Shown: positions 11,409 to 26,944 of the stretch, in pieces
Numbering within the stretch: the stretch's first letter is position 1
Layout of the letters: every line of letters begins with the position of its first letter
NCBI RefSeq assembly: GCF_009914755.1
Contig: NC_060926.1
DNA: 64,000 nucleotides
Source of the DNA: the human T2T-CHM13v2.0 reference genome, Homo sapiens
Reading direction: 5' to 3' (one strand)
Program-made: the position numbers and the translations under genes
Notes under the pieces: model-generated
What the model was told of the DNA's origin: nothing
The model's input: only the letters and a program-made list of their open reading frames with translations
The model's database searches: none

Positions 11409-12670
11409 GTGAGTCTTTATCTCCCTTCCTTTAACCTTTATCTCTGGCTATATTGCAGCTTTCATGCCTTTAGTTCAGTTTGTGCCTAAGGCTTCACTTT
11501 AATCCTTCTTTGCAAGAACATAGGTATGCGATGTTATATAATGAAATGAAAGACAAGTAATGAGGAAATCAGATTTTTTAAACAGGAGCAGGACAGCTGT
11601 TGGTGTGAGTTCAACTTGCCATAACACACGTGACTTTCTTGTTTTGGATTTACTGCTCAGCTGACCGGGACACTCTAAACATAGCAGTTGTTGGTGGCTG
11701 GGATTAACTATTTCCTCATGATCTGTGAACCCTTTCACCCCTCAGCCTTCCTCTACCTTCAAATATGTCATGTCAAAAAAGGTGCTTTAGAAAATAAACA
11801 CTCCAGGGTAAACACCTGGCTTACTTTTAAACATCAGACGCTGTGGTCTCACCTGTCCTGGCAAGGGGCCTCTGCCGGCTGTTCCCATGACTGGCTCAGG
11901 GTCTGAGTTCTTATTCCATCAACCTTGATCAAAAGAAGGAAAGGGAAGAAAAAGGCCCAGGGTGACAAACGGCTAAATATTTTCATTTTTACCTCAATTT
12001 CCTGTCCCAAGATGGGGGATACCTCTGACCAGAAAAGAGAAGGAAATCCTAACTTTTCTCTAGTAGTGAGTTGAGAAATAACATTACTTAATCTTTTAAA
12101 TTTTTTAATACAAAAGAAATACACTGTACATTATTGTTCATAAAATTTAAAACAGTGGAGAAGTATATTAAGGAAAAAGTCATCTTTGCCACTCAGCCAT
12201 TCTTGTAGCTTCTCTTCCCAGTCCTGTGAAGAGTCTTGGGCACAGCTTTTCTTATATTTTTCTATGCATTTATATATCTAATGCATTTTTTGTAAATACG
12301 TAATTTATGTTCTTGATTTATAATAAATTATATTACATGTGCTAGTCTGCATTTTGCATTTTTACTTATTTTAATAGTGGAAAACTTAGAGATCTTTTAA
12401 CCTTAATACATATAGATCTGCCTCATTCTTTTTATACATGCTATTCCATAGAATTGATATATGATAATTATTTATTCTCCAATTGAAGGACATTTAGATT
12501 GTTTTTAAATTGTTCACATTTACCAATAAGCTATCATAACAATGATTATATATTTCTTTTTGGGTTTTTACATCTAAACAAATATTTATCTTGTCTCTAA
12601 ACCTTAAAAATGTAATTATTGAGGCAAAGGGTCCAGTTATTTACTTGGTCCTGCCAAATTGTCTTTCTAG

Positions 12671-12745
12671 GAGGCTGAATGAATGTATTTCACCAGTAGC
12701 AAATGAGATGAACCATCTTCCTGCACACAGCCACGATTTGCAAAG
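12671..12745 (+). CDS. SP100: SP100 exon 2 (RLNECISPVANEMNHLPAHSHDLQ)
   Basis: acceptor tctttctag|G, donor AAG|gtgat; 75 nt, phase 2-2. Confidence 0.95.
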
Positions 12746-14240
12746 GTGATGAATGAAGAGTTATGTCTTGTTTTAATTTGTATTTTCCTTACGATGGGAA
12801 AATTGATCAGCTTTTCATGTTTCTTGGCCATTTAAATTCCCTCTTCTATAAATTGCTTGTTTGTTTTTTGCCAATATGATTCCGTTGAGGTGTTTGTCCT
12901 TTTTTTCGTGATATGGGAGAATTCACTAAATATTCTGTAAGTATAAATATACTTTTCTTGTCCATTACCTTTGTCTATGGTGACTTTTATCTTATTAAAG
13001 CTTAAAACTTAACATATAGGCCTCTTGTGATACAGATTTTTTTAAGATAGATGCACCCTTGTTATAAACGAGGTGATGCTGACACCCTCTGTGAGCACTC
13101 TTAGTTTTTACAATTATTTCTGTGTTAAGGTGGCAGATTCGCTGCTACCGCTATTCCAGGAAGAGTTCCTCCTCTAATATCTCTGAAAATTTTTTAAATT
13201 TTTAAACAAAAATATTCTTACATTGGAGCCACTTTAGCCTTCACAGCTTTTATTTGCCCCGTTTTCATCTTTTCAGTCTTTCACTTTGTGTTCATAATAG
13301 TTGTCTCAAACTTTTCCTCCATGACAATTATTTACCTTCTAGTAGGTTTCTTGTTTCTTGTCATTTCTAATTTTTTAAAAATTGATAGTGTTTATTTTTG
13401 AGGAGGGATCTTAATTGGTTTCTGTACGCCTGCAAGCTCCATAACCTCTTGTCATTCAGTCTTCACAGTCTTGCTTTATTTAGGTTTGCCTGTGCTGTTA
13501 AGAACTTTGGGATATTCTCCTTGTTGTCTCTTAGTTATTTTTCCAGACTGATTCTGTCTGATCTTGTGTTCCACGTGCCTGTGGTGGCTTTACAGCTCCT
13601 CTAGCCAGGCTTGGCCAGGGCAGGTCACCCCAAACTTCCCGTTTGCTTAGTCATAATCTGGATGAACTTTTTTTCTTTTTTTTTTTAACATTCCCTGTTT
13701 TATCTGAGATCAAATTGTTTTTTGTCTGAGCTACAGTTTGAAGTCTTTGTTTTGATTCTTATCAATTTTTCTGAGTTCACCGTTGATTGATTAAATTATC
13801 CTTTTCCCTGCTGATTCGCAGTGCTACCCTTTTTGGGAGTATAGAGGCAGGGTGTGCTTCTGTGTTCTCTCTTCTCTCCCCTTGGCCGGTGACAGCCCCT
13901 CCTTATGCCAGTACCACGCTGCCATAGTGATGGCAGCTTCCCAGGAACTCTTGACATCTGAGGGAGCAAATCTCTTCCTCTTCCTCCAGAATGTCTTAGA
14001 CTCCCAAATTTGCCTGTCAAAATCTCGAGATTTTGTGTGGAACTGCACTGGATCTATAAATCAATTTGAAGAGAATGGACATCTTTACATTCACGAGACT
14101 TCCATCTCATGAATATGGTTTATGTATATTATTACTTTAAAAATGTCTCCTATTAAAATTTGTATTTTTCTCTCTGAAGGTTTTGCCCTTCTGCTAGATT
14201 CCTTCATAGATATTTGATATTTTTATGCCATTATTAACTA

Positions 14241-14922
14241 AAGTAGTCCTCCCTTATCAACAGTTTTACTTTCTGAGATTTCAGTTACTTGCAGTAAAAC
14301 TTGGTCCAAAAACATTAAATGCAAAATTCCAGAAAACAATTCATGAGTTTTAAGATACTTGGCGTTCTGAGGAGTGTGATGAAATCTCATGCTGTCCCTC
14401 TCCATCCTGCCCAGGATGTGAACCATCCCTTTATCCAGGGTATCCACAGTGTAGACACTACCAGCCCATGAGTCGCTGAGTAGCTGTCCTGGTGATCAGA
14501 TCGACTGTCCTGGTATAACAGAGCTTGTGTTCAAGGAACCCTTATTTTAGTCAATAATGGCCCCAAAGCACAAGAAGGTTGATGCTGGCAATTCAGATAT
14601 GCCAAAGAGAAGCCGTCAAGGGCTTCCTTTAGGTGAAAATGTGAAATTTCCTGAAAGAAAAAAATAATATGCTGAGGTTGTTAATATCTACAGTATGATG
14701 TTTTGAGAGACAAAAAGAGACCACATTTACATAATTTTTATTACACTACATTGTTATAGTTGATCTACTTTATTATTAGATATTGTTATTCATCTTTTAT
14801 TGTGCCTAATTTATGTACAGATTGGGGAAAACATAGTATATGCAGAGTTTGGTACTATCTGCGGTTTCAAGCATCCACTGGGGTTCTTGGAAGCATCCCC
14901 TGTGGATAGAAGGGAACTAGTG
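14241..14922 (+). mobile_element. MER44-like Tigger DNA transposon relic
   Basis: Terminal 'agtagtcctcccttatc' and 'ggatagaagggaactagtg' are degenerate TIRs. Confidence 0.7.
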
Positions 14923-17900
14923 TGCTAAATTTTACATATGAATTTGCGTTGGTGACCCATGATCTGATCCATGGTTCTATTTTCATTCTTGTTTCAATAC
15001 TGAAATGTTTTAGTTACTATGATTTTATAGGTAGTGTTCTGTAACCTACCTTACTGGGATTGAATTGAGAGACACTAAATGAACAGATAAATTTAGGAAG
15101 AATTTATGTTTTAAAAAAATCCTGAATGGCCCCAGTGAGAAACATAGTAAATCTCTCCATTTATTCATGATTGTTTGAACTTGGGACCTTGTTGGGTCGC
15201 TTTAGTTCTAGGCATTTTAAAATTGTATTTGTAAACAGGAATTCATTTTCCTTTTACATTTTCTAGTTATTTCTTGCTGGCATAAGGGAAATCTATTCAT
15301 TTTAGTTAGCTGATCTTGTGCATAGGAGTCTTACTAAGTGGTCTTCTCCCTCTTAATATTGTCTTGTGTTTTTCTGGAGAAATAATTACATCTTCAAAGA
15401 TAGTAGCAGCTTTGTCTCCTCTTTTTCAGAATTTATACCTGTATACTTTTCTTTTTCTTTCTTTTTTCTTTCTCTTTTGCCTTAGCGCATTAGCCAGGAC
15501 TGCCAGTGTAATACTGAATAGTAACAGTAAAAATGAACATTTTAGTTTTATTCCTGATTTCAAGGGGAATACTTATAATGTTTAAATTGAGGCTTTCTTA
15601 TAGACACCTTTTTTCAAGTTAAGGACATTTCCTGCTGGCTCTGGTTTACTAAAAGTTATTTATTTTAATCAGGCCTGTGTATAGGATATTTATCAAAATG
15701 CCTACTAAAGAATCTTTGAGAATTGTATCATTTTTCTCTTTTAATCTGATTTATCCACAGTAAATTATATTGAAACATTTTATTAATTCGGTTATTAATT
15801 TCACCAAAGTAAAACATATATATATATATAGCTTAAAGTATCAGTCAATAAGACCTTTAAAAACACAAGTAGTACTTTCTGCCATCTTCCCAGCCCATGT
15901 CCAGTTTCCCTAATGGATTAACTTTTTGGCTCTTACTTTTGTATTTACTTCTGTATTTTGAAATGATGTGCTGATACAGCTCTTTGTAATTTTTCAAGTT
16001 TCAGACATTAATCTGTTCACATAATAGGACAGAAGATGAAGACTTTTTCCATAACACTCCTTTTCATTCCCTGTCCATTCTCATAATACATCACAGTTGG
16101 AGGTTCATCAGTAATCAGTGTTACCATTATGATGACTATTTACATGTTGTTCATAACCAAGTCATCTACTATATTATGATTACATTTCCTTTCCTGTGCA
16201 ACATCCTCCCGCCCCTCCCCGCCGACCCCACAAATAACTATTGCCCTCTTATATATTTGCTTGGATTTTGTGTGTCCTCATTATGAATTCTTCCCAAGCA
16301 CTCTGCAGAATTCTAAAATTCTTTTCAGTACAGTGAGGCACATTGGGTAATTTATCAAGTCCATTTTACTTTCTTGGGGAAACCCTCCTGGAATTATCCA
16401 TTCCCCTGATTCCATCAGTTCTGGTTAGTTTCAGCTTCCAAGGCTGACCTTGAAGCTTGACATCTCTCCTGTGTTGGGTCTTGTTTTGTGGATTACATGT
16501 ATACCTCTTTCTTGCTTTACTATCTCATTTTGGTTTACCACATTATCCAGTAGCCTCCTGACTAAGAGTTTATAGAAGATATACATATATATATATATAT
16601 ATCCTACCTTACTGGGATTCAATTGAGAGACACTATATATATATATATATAAATTGTACATGTCTGGAAAAAAAATTTTATCCTTAATCCTCACAACTGC
16701 ATAAATATTTGGTAAGTATAAATGCAGAGTTTGGAAATTAATTTAGTTCACTGTCTTGCAACTTCCAGCATTGCTAATAAGAAACCTGATGCCATTCTGA
16801 TTATTGATCCTGTCTTTCTATGTCACCTGTTTTGCCTGTCTGAAATTTTCTGGCTCTTCTCTTTGATCCCTTGATTCTAAAATCTCATGATGGTTTGCCT
16901 TGATGTGGGTGTTAAATTCATTTGTTGTGCTTTGCTCTCCAGGGCCCTTTCAAATGGACAACTTTATTTCAATTCTGACCATTTTGCTTGTGATATTATT
17001 TGAATAGTTTCTCCCTTCTGCTTTATCTCTCTCTTTTATCTTTTGGAATTCCTGTTAGTTGGATGTTAGCTTTCCTAGATTGATCCTCTAGAGACTCCCT
17101 GGTTTTTTTTCTTGAAAATCTTATATGTCTTCTTTTCTTGAATCTAACTTCTATGACATTTTCTGAGGAACTTCATTCCTTCTAGTGATTAAAACACTTC
17201 TGCCATTATATTTTTAATTTCCAAAAGCTCTTTTGAAAAGTTGTTTCTCTTTTATAGCATCTTGTTTCAAGAAATCCGAAATTTTCTCTCTACTAATGAG
17301 GATGAAAATTTTTTTTAAATTTTACGTTTCTTCCAAGGTTGTTTTAAGTGTTAGTTCCTTCCAGGTTTCTTTCCCAGCTCCTCCTCCATTATTTGCTTGT
17401 TCTGGAAGAATTCATCAAGTGTCCACTGGGTGTCCATTCACATTTCGGAATGAGACACTAAAAATCTGATTAGGAGCTCTGTGCAAGGAATGCCTCTCAT
17501 TGACTGTGCCTCATTTTGATTTTTCATTTTCCAACTCGCCTTCTAAAGGAATGGTGCCTCTAATTCCTGACAACTTCCAGAGTTCAAAAGTGTACACTGG
17601 CTTACTCCTTGTCAGCTTCCCCTAAGCAAGTAATCAAGATTTTTGTTTTTTCATTCTGTGAAATTAGCTACCATATATGCCCCTATCTTCCAAAATGTTT
17701 GATTATCTCTTATTTGATGCCCTTTTCTATTCCCTGATCTTTGCTTCTTTTCTGCCTCTAACTCTCTCTTATAGGTGGTTTCATGGGATTTCAGAAGGAA
17801 CACAGATGAATGCAGGTGTGTTCAACCTGCCAGGCTTAACCAAATGCATAGATTGGTTCTCTAATGTGACCTTTCCTGGAATCCCTGAGATAACACCTAC

Positions 17901-19445
17901 ATGGTCATGCCATATGACTCTTTCATCCACTCCTGGGTTGGATTTATTTATATTTTGTTGTGGGATTTTACCTCACGTGTTTATAAGCAACTTTGTGACC
18001 TACAATTTTCATTTCTTATTTTGTATTTGTCTAGGGTTGATAGCAGAACTATAGCAGCCTCATGAAATAACTGAGGGTGATTGAAATTTTGAATATATTT
18101 ATATATATGCACATATATGTATTAGAATGATTTGTTTAATACAGACATCATCTGTTCCTTGAAAGATTGCAGAAAATTGTCCATTAAATTATTTGAAACT
18201 GATGTCTGTGTGTGTAGTTGTTAGGAGAAAGCAGATTAGTGAAGCTCTGGAAGTATATTATGCATTTCTCCTGTTATTTTTAGTTCTTATGCTGACCTTT
18301 GAGCCAGTTTTGATTGTTTATTGTCCTAAAAAGTAACTATTTCCCTAGATTCTCTTCTTATTGGGAGAAAGTTGTATAGAAATTTCTTATATAAAGTTTT
18401 AATCCTTTCCTTCTCTGAAGATGTGTCCTTTTTCCTATTCCTACCATTGTTTATTATTGTTTTTTCCTTTGTTTTCTTGATCAATCTTTCCATTTTGTTG
18501 GTCTTTTCAATGAACCACCTTTTGGTTTTATTGATCCACTACTCTTATTTTCTGTTTGAGATTTAATTAAATCTTGATTTTCTTTATTATATTTTTCTAT
18601 ATATTTCTTTCCTAATTCTTTACTTCTCCTTTGTTGAGGGGATTACCTTGTGTTCTGTTTCTAATACGTTGGTTTAAAACTTAATTTACTTGCAGTGTTT
18701 CTTATTTTCTAATAAATGCATTTTAGGCCATGAATGTTCATCTCTGTGCCACTTTGGAAATGTTTGGCCTTTATAACGTATAGTGTTTTCATTGGATTTT
18801 ATTTCTTAGCCATTTGTTATTTTGATTTTGATTTCCTGGTTAACCTAAGAAGTGTTTGGGAGTAGCTTTTAAAATTTCTCAGTGGAACGAGTGGGGGAAG
18901 TCGTCCTCTGTCCTTTGGTTGTTTACTCTGATCCTATTACATTGTGGTTAGAAAATGTGTTCCTTAAGATTTCCATTTGTGAGAGTCAATTGTTGTTTCT
19001 TTTGTGGCCTAGTGCATAATCAGTTTTGAGGCTTCACCACATTTGAAAGGCAATATAGTGCAATGATTAAGAGTGTAGTAACTAATGCCAGATAGTAGAG
19101 AGGGTAGGAGCAGGGAGGATCAACACTAGGATGATTGGGGAAGGGTGATGTGAAGTCCAGCTCTGCCACTGCATACATGTAGAGGTGGGGCAAGCCTTGT
19201 TTCTTCCCTGTAAAATGACGGTATTAATAATGGTGCTGCCAGCAGGCTGATACAGGTTCTTGTCCTTGCCCCAGAAAAGAATTTGAAGGCCAGACCAAAG
19301 TGAAAGTACAGAAGATTGATTGCAGAGCAAAAGCAAATACACACTCAAGAGAGGATTGCAAGTATGCTCAAAAGAATGAGCCATGCCCAACCTGGCCAGA
19401 GCTCACATGCTATATGGATAAGCATAATGAAGTCATGGAATATTA

Positions 19446-19765
<320 letters not shown>

Positions 19766-21993
19766 GTGGGGGTGGAGCAGGGAAGGGATTTTCTGGGTAA
19801 TGAGTGGGCAATTCCCAGTTGGGGTGCCAGCATTTTCTTAACTAAATATGGTTAATTTGGAACTGCTGTGGTGTCAGGTCCGTGATGGGAGTGGGAGGTT
19901 TCCCCAGGGAAGTTTTATGGTAATAGGGGCATAATGTAGCCCCTATTTGAAAACTTCAAATTTGTCGTCCTACAGAAATCATCTAAATGTGTAAAAACAA
20001 TCCAGTACTTTAGGAACACAGACCATGATATAATTGCTTGAATTTAAAAGTCTCCTAAGGTTAAAATATTTAGTTGTGATTACCTTTCTTTTGGTGTTAT
20101 TGAGGTATAATTGTATAAATTGAAGGTGTAAAACATGATGATTTCATATATGTTTATATTGTGAAATGATTACCACAATGAAGTTAGTTAACATATCCAT
20201 CATGTCACATAGTTACCATTGCGTGTGTGTGATGAGAATATTTAAGATCTACTCTCTCAGCAAATTTCAAATATGTAATACATTATTGTTAACTATAGTT
20301 TCCATACTACACATTAAATACCCAGAACTTATCCATCTTATAACTGAAAGTCTGTGCCCTTTAACCAACATTTCCCCATTCCTCCGACTTCCAAGCTTTT
20401 GGCAACTGCTATTTGACCCTCTGTTTCTATGATTCAACTTTTTTAGATTCCTCGGTCTGAATCTAATCTACCAATGGGCTTGTCATACATGGCCTTTATG
20501 GTATATTTCATTTATACCCAATTTGTTAAATGTTTTTTATCATGAAAGGATGCTGAAGTTTTCAAATCCTTTTTCTGTGTCTATTAAAATGTTCATATGA
20601 TTTTTGTCCTTCATTCTGTTAACGTTGCACAACACCATTATTGATTTACATGTTGCATCATCCTTGCATCCCAGGGATAAATCCCACTTGATCATAGTAA
20701 GTGATCATTTTAGTGTACTGTTGAATTTGGTTTGGTTTGGTAGTATTTTGTTGAGAATTGTTGCATCTATGTATATCTGGAGAAATGGCCTGTAATTTTT
20801 TTTTTCTTGTAGTATACTAATCTGGCTTAGGTATCAAGGTAATGCTCATAAAATTAGTTTGGAACTGTTCCTTGCTCTTAATTTTTTTTTTTGGAAGAGT
20901 TTTAGAAGGATTGGTATTAGTTTCTTCTTAAATGCTTGGTAGAATTCACTAGCATAGCCAACTGGTTTTTCTTTAATGGAAAGTTGTTTACTTATTCAAT
21001 CTTTTTACTCATTATTGGTCTGTTCAGATTATCTGCTTTTTCAGGATTCAGTTTTGATAGATTGTGTATTTCTAGGACTTTATCTATTTTTTCTAGGCTA
21101 TACAATTTGTTGATGTATAATTGTTCATAGTAATCTCACGATTCTTTGCATTATCATGTTATCAGTTGTAATGTTTCCTCTGTCATTTATAAGTTTATTT
21201 ATTTGAGACTTGTCTCTTTTTTAACTTGGTTAGTTTAGTGAAAGAGTTGCTAATTTTGTTTATCTTTTCAAAGAACAAGTTCTGAGTTTTGTTGATCTTT
21301 TCTATTGTTTTCCTATTACCTATTTATTTCTGCTCTAATCTACATTATTTTCTCCCTTCTGCTGCTAACTTTGAGTTTACCTTATCTTTCTTCATCAACT
21401 GTAAAGCTAAATGGTTTAAGATTTTTCTCCCTAATGTAGGTGTTTATAGCTATAAACTTGCCTCTTAGAATTGCTCTTCCTGCATCTCATTAAGTTTTGC
21501 TATGTTGTGTTTTCATTTTTGTTTGCCTCAGGATATTTATGTTACCTTTTTGGCTTCTTCTTTGATCTATTGGTTATTCAGGAATGTGTTGTTTAATGTC
21601 CTTACATTATATATTCCGTACAGAAGTTATGAATTCTTCAAATTTCCTCCTGTTATGGATTTCTAGTTTCATAATATTGTGGCCAGGAAAGACACTTGAT
21701 ATGATTTCACTCTTGAATTTGTTAAGACTTCTTTTGTGGCCTAACATATGATTTTTTTCCTGGAGAATGTTTCATATACACTGGAGTAGAATGTGTATTC
21801 TGCTGCTGTTGAATGAAGTGTTCTATATATGTTTGTTAGGTCTATTTGATCTAAAGTCTGGTTCAAGATCAATGTTTCCTTATATTTTTCTGTCTGATTG
21901 ATCTATGATTATTGACAGTGGAGTATTACAGTCTCCTACTAACATTGTATTGCTGTTTCTTTCTTTTTTCAGTTCTGTTAGTATTTGCTTTAG

Positions 21994-22540
<547 letters not shown>

Positions 22541-22987
22541 TAAAATGAGACTCTTCTATGCAGCAGATTGTTTGATATTGTGGGGTTTTTTTTAATCCAT
22601 TCAGTCACTCTATTTCTTTTGATTAGAGAATTTAATTCATTTATTGATAGGTAAGAACTTACTATTGCCACTTTGCTAATTGTGTTCTGACAGCTTTGTA
22701 GTACTTTTTTTCTTTCTTTTTTTCTTGTTGCCTTCCTTTGTGATTTGATCACTTTTGAAATGATATACTTTGATTCCTTTCTCTTAATCTTATCTACTAC
22801 AGGTTTCTACTTAGTGGTTACTATGAGGCTTACATAAAATATTTTATAGCTATACCATCCTATTTTAAGCCAACAACTTCAAACACATACAAAACTCTAC
22901 ACTTTTACTTCTCCCCTCCCTCACATTTCAGTCAATTGATGTTACAATTTACATACTTTTTATATTCTGTCTCCAATAACAAATTAC

Positions 22988-23992
<1,005 letters not shown>

Positions 23993-26944
23993 ATTGCTAT
24001 AGATATAATTATTTTTAATAGTTTGTTTTTTAACTTTTATACCAGAATTGAAAGTGACTTATGCACAATCATTACAATATTAGAGATTTCTGACTTTGAC
24101 TGTATATTTACCTTTACTGGTAAGATTTTGTATATTTATATATTGTTATGCTGTGAATTAGTACCATCTCATTTCAGCTTGAAGAACCCCTCTAGCATTT
24201 CTTGCAAGACAGGTCTAGTGATGATGGATTCCTTTAGCTTTTGTTTGTTTGGAAAGGTTTTTATCTCTCCTTCACTTCTGAAGGACAGCTTTACCAGGTA
24301 TAACATTCTTGGTCAGTAGAGTTTCTATTCTTTCAGCATTTTGAACATATCACCCTAATCTCTCCTGGGCTGAGAGGAGGAGGTTTCTGCCGAGAAATTT
24401 GCTGCTAGTCTTATGAGAGCTCTCTTATATGTAATGAGTTATATTTTCCTTGCTGCTTTCAAAATATTGTCTTTATCTTTTGATAATTTAATTATAATAT
24501 TTCTTGATGTCAAATTTTATTGTTCAGTCTGCTTGGGCACCTTTCAGCCCAGTGAATCTAGATGTTCATTTCTCTCCCCAAATGTGGAAAGTTTCCAGCC
24601 ATTACTTCTCTAAATGTACTTTCTGTTCATTTTCTCTCTCTTTTCTCCTTCAGTAATTCCCATAATTTGTATGTTGTTTTACTTGATGGTGTCCCATAAA
24701 TCCCATAGGCTTTTTTTAATTCATTTTTATTCTTTGCTATTTTTGCTCCTCTGAGTAAATAATATCAAATGACCTATCTTTGAGTTCACTTAGTCTTTCT
24801 TCTGCTTGATTGAGTCATCTGTTAAAGCTCTCTATTAAATTCTTCCATCCAGTCATTGTATTTTTCAGATCTAGGATTTCTGGCTTTTTAAAAATGGTTC
24901 CTGTTCCTTTTTGGCATTATAATTTTGTTTATATATTGTTTTCTAATTTTGTTGAGTTGTCTATCTGTGTTTACTTATAGTTCACTGAACTTTTTAAAGA
25001 GAATTATTCTGAATTATATGTCAGTAAGTTCACAGATTATTATTTCTTTAGAGTCAGTTATTAGAGCATATTCGTTTATTTTAGTGATATTATTTTTTCC
25101 TGATTCTTTATGATCCATGCATCCTATCATTGGTGTCTGCACATTTGAGGAAACAATAACCTCTTCCAGGCTTTATAAGTTTGTTTCGGCAGGGAAAGCC
25201 CTTCACTAGTCAGTCCAGCCTGGAGTTCTGGGCAGGTCAGCTGGTAGCATCCATGGACAGGCAGAGCTTGCTGTTGAGATCTCCAGCTGGGTCAGATCAT
25301 TGCCTGTGCTCTGAGGTTGGGTAAGGCCACTGCTGCTCTCTATGGTTGTTTGGATGTTTTGACTGGACCCTTTTGTTGGGCAGCGGCTAACGGCCAGGCT
25401 CTAAGATGGGACAAGGCCTTAAGCTACTGTTAGGTATGGTCACAGGCTGGGCTCTGTGATTAGGCAGGGTTGAAGACTGTGTTCCACAGTTGGGTGTTGC
25501 CACTGGATTAGTTATTCTCCAGAGTAGGGCCACTGGCTGTGCTTCAAACTTTATCAGAGTTGCTACCAGGTGCCCAGGTTCAGTGGGACCACAGAATATG
25601 CCCCTCCCTTAGGTCCTTGCTACAAGCTGGGCTCATCAGGAAGGTAGCATAAATTTCTGGAATCCCTGTTCAGGCAAAGCTGCAAGTTGTGCCCCACAGT
25701 TCAGAAGTGTCACTGGCTGGGCTGAGTGATTGGGTAGGACCACAGGCTACGTTCTACATTTGGACAGGGTGACTTGTTCTACTCCCTGCCTGGGCATGGC
25801 CATAGGCTGGGATCTCTGGTTGCTTGGGGCCCCAAAGCTGTGCCCACCATTGAGAGAGGTCATTGGCTTGGTTTCCTGCCCATGCAGGTCATTGGCTGGG
25901 CTTTGTGCCTGGGCAGGGTCTCAATTTGGACTTCCTGGTTAACAGGGTTAGAGACCATACTCTGTAGTTAGGCAGGGTGGCTGGCTTGATTACCTGCCTG
26001 GGCAAAGACATATGCTAGGATCTGAGGCTGGGCAGAATTTCTTTGGGGGTTCCCTGGTCAGGCAAGACAGAAACCTAAACGTCTTAGGTGGGCTGGGCTG
26101 CTGGCTAGGCACCCAAGCTACTTAGAACTGCTGACCATGCTACCTGGCCAAATAGGGCCACCAGCTTGCCTCTGCAGGTGGACAGAGCTGCTGGCTGAGC
26201 TCTCTGATAGGGTGCTGATGTCAGGAGCACAGTACCAGCATGACAATCTCTGCATTGGCCACTGTGAGCCCTGCCCTCACTTCTTCATTTCTAATCAAAC
26301 CCAGGTGGTCCAGCCCCTCTGATTTCCTGTTTGTTTCCCATGAGGCAAGACAGAATTGGGCCTCCTAAGAAGCAGCCCAGAATGCCAGGGAAGCTGGGTG
26401 TCCTCCTCAGGCTCTGTTTTCCCCACTGGAGAAACCTTAGGCTCAGGGAAAACCTCTTGGTGTGGTGCTGTGCCAGCCTGGGGTAGGAGCAACACAGTCA
26501 AAGTGAATCCATTCCTCTTACCCCTTCTAATGTGGTTTTTCTCAGGTTTTGTGGTCCAAGGGAGGTGGTTCAGCTTCACTCTTGGGTTCTGAAATTTTCA
26601 CAAAGGCATCCTTGTCTATGGATAGTTGCTACTTAGTCTTTCTGTGAGAGAGACTAAAGCCAGAAACCTCCTATTCTGCCATCTTAGTGACATCCCATCC
26701 TGGATGTGCCTTTTAAATCTAAGGTTCTAGCTTCAGCTCTGGAAGACTATTTTTTTTTACTTGATTTCCCTATTCTCTTTCTTTCTATTCTCTTCTGGAA
26801 TTCCCCTTGGCAGAATGTTGAAACATCCTATGCAGTTTAACCTTCTTTTTTCACATTTTCCATATCTTTCCCTGCCTATATTCCAGAAAGAAAAATGTGG
26901 CTCACTAAGTTACTCTTCAACTGAGTCTATTCTGCACACCCACC

